Below are positions 17,502 through 20,115 of a DNA stretch of 20,115 nucleotides, piece by piece. The DNA is taken from the NCBI GenBank assembly GCA_039810425.1, contig JBDHWW010000051.1, forward strand, positions 1 through 20,115, read 5' to 3'. The DNA is from Pseudobdellovibrionaceae bacterium. Lineage in GTDB: Bacteria; Bdellovibrionota; Bdellovibrionia; Bdellovibrionales; Bdellovibrionaceae. Under the pieces are notes generated by a model, which saw only the letters and a program-made list of their open reading frames with translations, had not been told where the DNA came from and ran no database searches. Numbering within the stretch: position 1 is the stretch's first letter; the number at the start of each line of letters is the position of its first letter. Made by a program: the position numbers and the translations under genes.

Positions 17502-17546
17502 ACCGGACTCCATGCCATTAACGTGAAAGAGAGAGTCGTTGCTTAT

Positions 17547-18221
17547 TTAGTTCTTTGATTTCTTGTCTGAGACTGGGGAGTAGTGAAAGCCCAACTGAAT
17601 GAAAAGATTCAAAGCGGCTTTGTTTAGATCCTCAGTCAAACGAGTCGCGCGGTTTTGCAAAACGGCGTACATGATCAAAGCAGGGACTGCGACGAGCAAA
17701 CCATAAGCGGTTGTGTTCATTGCCAGGGAGATACCTGATGATAGGATCGTTGCTTTTTCAGCGGCATTGGCGTTTGAAATACCGGCGAATGAGTGAATCA
17801 AGCCCGTGATAGTTCCTAGGAGGCCCATCAGGGTTGCAACGTTGGCGAACATGGCCAAGAAGCCGATGCGTTTTTCTACGCGAGAGGTTTCTTCGAGAAG
17901 AATTTCGTCCATCTTGAGTTGGATCTCTTCTTTGCCGCCCATATCGATGGCAGCTTGGATGCCGGCAGCAGCAACCACGCCGAGGGGCTCTGTTTGGCCG
18001 AGTTGTTGAGATCTACGAAGGGCTTTTTCGAGATTACCGGCTTTGATATCATCGGCAATGACCTTAGAAAGGGCTTTTTGGTTGTCTTTGCGATTCATGA
18101 AAAGAGCGACAGCTCTTTCGATGATAATTGCGATGGACACAACCTGAGCGGCTAAGATAGCCCACATCCAGATAGCGTCAGATGATGTAAACGCGCGACC
18201 GAGTGATAAAAAGAATTCCAT
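17547..18221 (-). CDS. aglR: MotA/TolQ/ExbB-family proton-channel subunit, AglR-like
   Basis: Three TM helices; IIIERA, ANVATLMGLLGTITGLI, GISLAMNTTAYGLLVAVPA; SD GGAGG at 18232-18228. Confidence 0.9.
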   Translation of the reverse strand: MEFFLSLGRAFTSSDAIWMWAILAAQVVSIAIIIERAVALFMNRKDNQKALSKVIADDIKAGNLEKALRRSQQLGQTEPLGVVAAAGIQAAIDMGGKEEIQLKMDEILLEETSRVEKRIGFLAMFANVATLMGLLGTITGLIHSFAGISNANAAEKATILSSGISLAMNTTAYGLLVAVPALIMYAVLQNRATRLTEDLNKAALNLFIQLGFHYSPVSDKKSKN

Positions 18222-18258
18222 TGTAATCCTCCATTACGTTCCTCAACAGCAGGGGTAA

Positions 18259-18275
18259 AGCAACGGAGGTGCCAG
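18259..18275 (-). promoter_or_regulatory. Sigma54 (-24/-12) promoter of the Agl/Glt-type operon
   Basis: Minus strand CTGGCAC-CTCCG-TTGCT matches TGGCAC-N5-TTGC(A/T) with correct spacing, 37 nt upstream of the aglR start. Confidence 0.85.
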
Positions 18276-18332
18276 CCCTAGAATCGTGTATAGAGAGCCT
18301 GACTGCACAATTTAGCCTTGAGAGCACCCAAG

Positions 18333-18347
18333 TGCCGCAAAAAGGCA
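18333..18347. promoter_or_regulatory. Palindrome TGCC-N7-GGCA; candidate enhancer-binding-protein site
   Basis: TGCC GCAAAAA GGCA, about 85-100 nt upstream of the inferred sigma54 start site. Confidence 0.35.
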
Positions 18348-18378
18348 GCCACCGTACTGGATTTGGTCACCGGGGGGA

Positions 18379-19275
18379 TTAAAAGAGGAAGAAGTCTAAG
18401 TCTTTTAGGTTTGTATCTGTATTTTCCAAAAGGCATCGCCAGATTGTTGCGTACTTACTCCAAGGGCCTACAATCTCTGTGTCAACAATTAACTGGGGTC
18501 TGTAGAGTTTCAGACGAGGTTTTCTTGATATTTTACCTTCAAATGAGGATCGACCTCTGCCAGATGAAAAATACATTAATCTTTTGTCAGAGATATCTTT
18601 GATATTGTTAATATCTAACCCATTTTTAAAAGTGTTTACCAAAGCTCTAGAATTTCGGTCCATTTCAATCATGGCTTTGTCAATACTTTTCTCAACAGAA
18701 GAACTCGAGGCAAAGCCATAGGTATAAAAAGACTTATCAGCAAGTTCTTCAATCTTTTTTGATAGAAGGGTTACTTTTACATTATCAAAAGGTGTTTGAA
18801 TCTCCCATGTTTGAAAGTGTAAGCAACTAGCAATTTCTTTCGCTTGAAGATTTCCATTCCACCAATTTGATATAGCCCATCTTTCTACGGCCTCTCTAAA
18901 GGCCTGAGTTCTAACTGCATTCTTGGGCCAGCAAGGAAGCGCTGCAAAACCGGTTGAAGTATCGTCAACGTCGAGGCCATATTGGCTTGAGCCCTGTGAA
19001 ACCAGAGTATAGAAAGCCCATCGCTCTAATGATTCGGAAATACTTTTTCTTACAGCGTCGATTTTAGCAGAGGCTGTCCCAGTGCCGTCGCAAGATCCAT
19101 AAATTTTGGAACTAGCGATTTGATTGTTACGTAAAGCAGGTTTTAGATAGGCATGAGCTTCAAATTGTTTGTGGCCAATCGTATCGATAATTTCGAAAAG
19201 CTCTATTTTATCGATTGGCCCATGGCTATTTGTTATATCTCTAAAAAGGAAGGGAGCTAAGTTTAAAAAAAACAC
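18379..19275 (-). CDS. Compact YcaO-family protein (ATP-dependent peptide-backbone activating enzyme)
   Basis: YcaO ATP/Mg motifs in order: DGTG...AVRKSISESLERW; STGFAA...AFREAVERW; YGFA...SIDKAMIEM. GTG start immediately after the upstream TAA. Confidence 0.75.
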   Translation of the reverse strand: MFFLNLAPFLFRDITNSHGPIDKIELFEIIDTIGHKQFEAHAYLKPALRNNQIASSKIYGSCDGTGTASAKIDAVRKSISESLERWAFYTLVSQGSSQYGLDVDDTSTGFAALPCWPKNAVRTQAFREAVERWAISNWWNGNLQAKEIASCLHFQTWEIQTPFDNVKVTLLSKKIEELADKSFYTYGFASSSSVEKSIDKAMIEMDRNSRALVNTFKNGLDINNIKDISDKRLMYFSSGRGRSSFEGKISRKPRLKLYRPQLIVDTEIVGPWSKYATIWRCLLENTDTNLKDLDFFLF

Positions 19276-20038
19276 TTACTTTGTTTCCACCCACTGTAGG
19301 TCTAGTGGTGGCAAAATTGAGTTATAGCTTTTAAGGCTAACGCGTGATGATTTTTTAATCCAAAGTCCCAGCGCCATATGGTTTATCGGCCATATAATAG
19401 CTTGGTCCCAAAGCATTTCATTTACTTTTTGGACATCGAAATCATCTGTTTGAACGAATTTTTTTATCTCTCCTGTCTCGTCAGGAAGTTTAATTCCATG
19501 CTCAGAAAGAAGCATAAATTGAATATCATGTCTCGGACTATCAACCAAAATTGCGGACATACGGAATCTGATGTCCAAATTACCAGCAAAAAGATTGTTT
19601 GGTGGCGGGTTAAAAATATCCAATTTTAGATTAACTCGTCGGGAAATTTTTTGAAAGCTGTCTACGAATGCCTGTTGGCTTGTTAGTTTATTTTGGTTTT
19701 CACTACTTTTTGGAGAAAGTGGCGCTTGATTAATAACCAAAGACTTATCATTTAGGAATTTTTCATCCGCGGTAGAAGGTGCAGTAGCCTCTTTTACTCC
19801 TTTAATCGCTAGTGGCAAAAAGGAGTAAGTTAGAGAGTGAGTTTTTTTAAACTCAGTATAAAAAGCGTTCCTAAGTTCTATACGCGTATTTTTATTTGCA
19901 CACAGGCTCCCGGCCTTGTTCCAGCCATCGCATTCAACGTATCTAATCGCTGACTTAACGGGGCCGTGAAATTCATAGTTTTCCGTTACTGCTAGCGAGT
20001 CGTCAAAATCTATAATGATATCTGATCCAGAAATATCA
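19276..20038 (-). pseudogene. 5'-truncated gene, probably a family-5 (OppA/DppA-like) solute-binding protein, interrupted by an IS
   Basis: The frame of ORF 19276..19818 stays open upstream (..DISGSDIIIDFDDSLAVTENYEFHGPVKSAIRYVECDGW..) to a TAG at 20097-20095 with no ATG/GTG/TTG and no signal peptide; C-terminus VNEMLWDQAIIWPINH...GLW resembles the end of family-5 SBPs. Confidence 0.5.
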
Positions 20039-20115
20039 GGAGATGTCTCATTTTTAGTTGAAAGTCGGGAGCCGCTTTCGTGAAGTGAGCCCGACTATGC
20101 CGCCTTTTTGATTTT
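20039..20115 (-). mobile_element. Right end of an insertion sequence, IS256-like (transposase C-terminus plus terminal inverted repeat)
   Basis: Minus strand reads AAA ATC AAA AAG GCG GCA TAG (KIKKAA*), then a hairpin with arms AGTCGGG/CCCGACT (20063-20096), then TTTCAACTAAAAATGAGACATCTCC, resembling IS256-family ends; GC rises abruptly; only 77 nt visible. Confidence 0.55.

Noticed and set aside
16554..18221. Ordinary Tol-Pal or TonB-ExbBD uptake system
   Set aside because: No TolA/TolB/Pal or TonB-dependent receptor; two ExbD-like genes plus TPR, GltG-like and barrel genes fit the Agl/Glt type.
18300..18378. c-di-GMP riboswitch or small RNA upstream of the motor operon (GCAAA/GGCA words)
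   Set aside because: The two-stem architecture is absent and the segment lies upstream of the sigma54 start site, so it would not be in the leader.
18318..18602. 94-aa + strand ORF as a YcaO precursor peptide
   Set aside because: Mostly antisense to the YcaO 3' end, TTG start without SD, no leader/core organisation.
19816..19818. TTG start making a stand-alone 180-aa protein
   Set aside because: No SD, and the frame continues with protein-like sequence for more than 70 codons upstream; better explained as a truncated larger gene.
1..20115. CRISPR array, tRNA or rRNA
   Set aside because: No regularly spaced repeats or cloverleaf/rRNA signatures; intergenic gaps are all short.

Overview
Chromosomal segment from a Bdellovibrio-like (Bdellovibrionota-type) bacterium; the taxon is inferred from gene content and protein style. 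Left to right: (1) chemotaxis genes cheA-cheR-cheB (+), with cheA apparently carrying a 1-nt frameshift in its first codons; (2) poly(A) polymerase pcnB (-), a divergent YbfF-like alpha/beta hydrolase (+) and an RhlB-like DEAD-box helicase (+) whose disordered tail ends in an amphipathic helix; (3) a 10-gene, translationally coupled Agl/Glt-type (gliding-machinery-like) operon on the - strand: AglR/Q/S-type proton-channel motor, large TPR protein, GltF-like peptide, GltG-like TonB-like protein, an Ig-like lipoprotein, a GltA/B/H-type outer-membrane barrel, a GltC-like TPR protein and a vWA lipoprotein, preceded by a consensus sigma54 promoter; (4) an AT-rich accessory island with a compact, atypical YcaO-family enzyme coupled to a 5'-truncated family-5 solute-binding-like gene, cut by what looks like the right end of an IS256-like element at the window edge. 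No rRNA, tRNA or CRISPR array seen. All family calls come from motif recognition by eye, not database searches.
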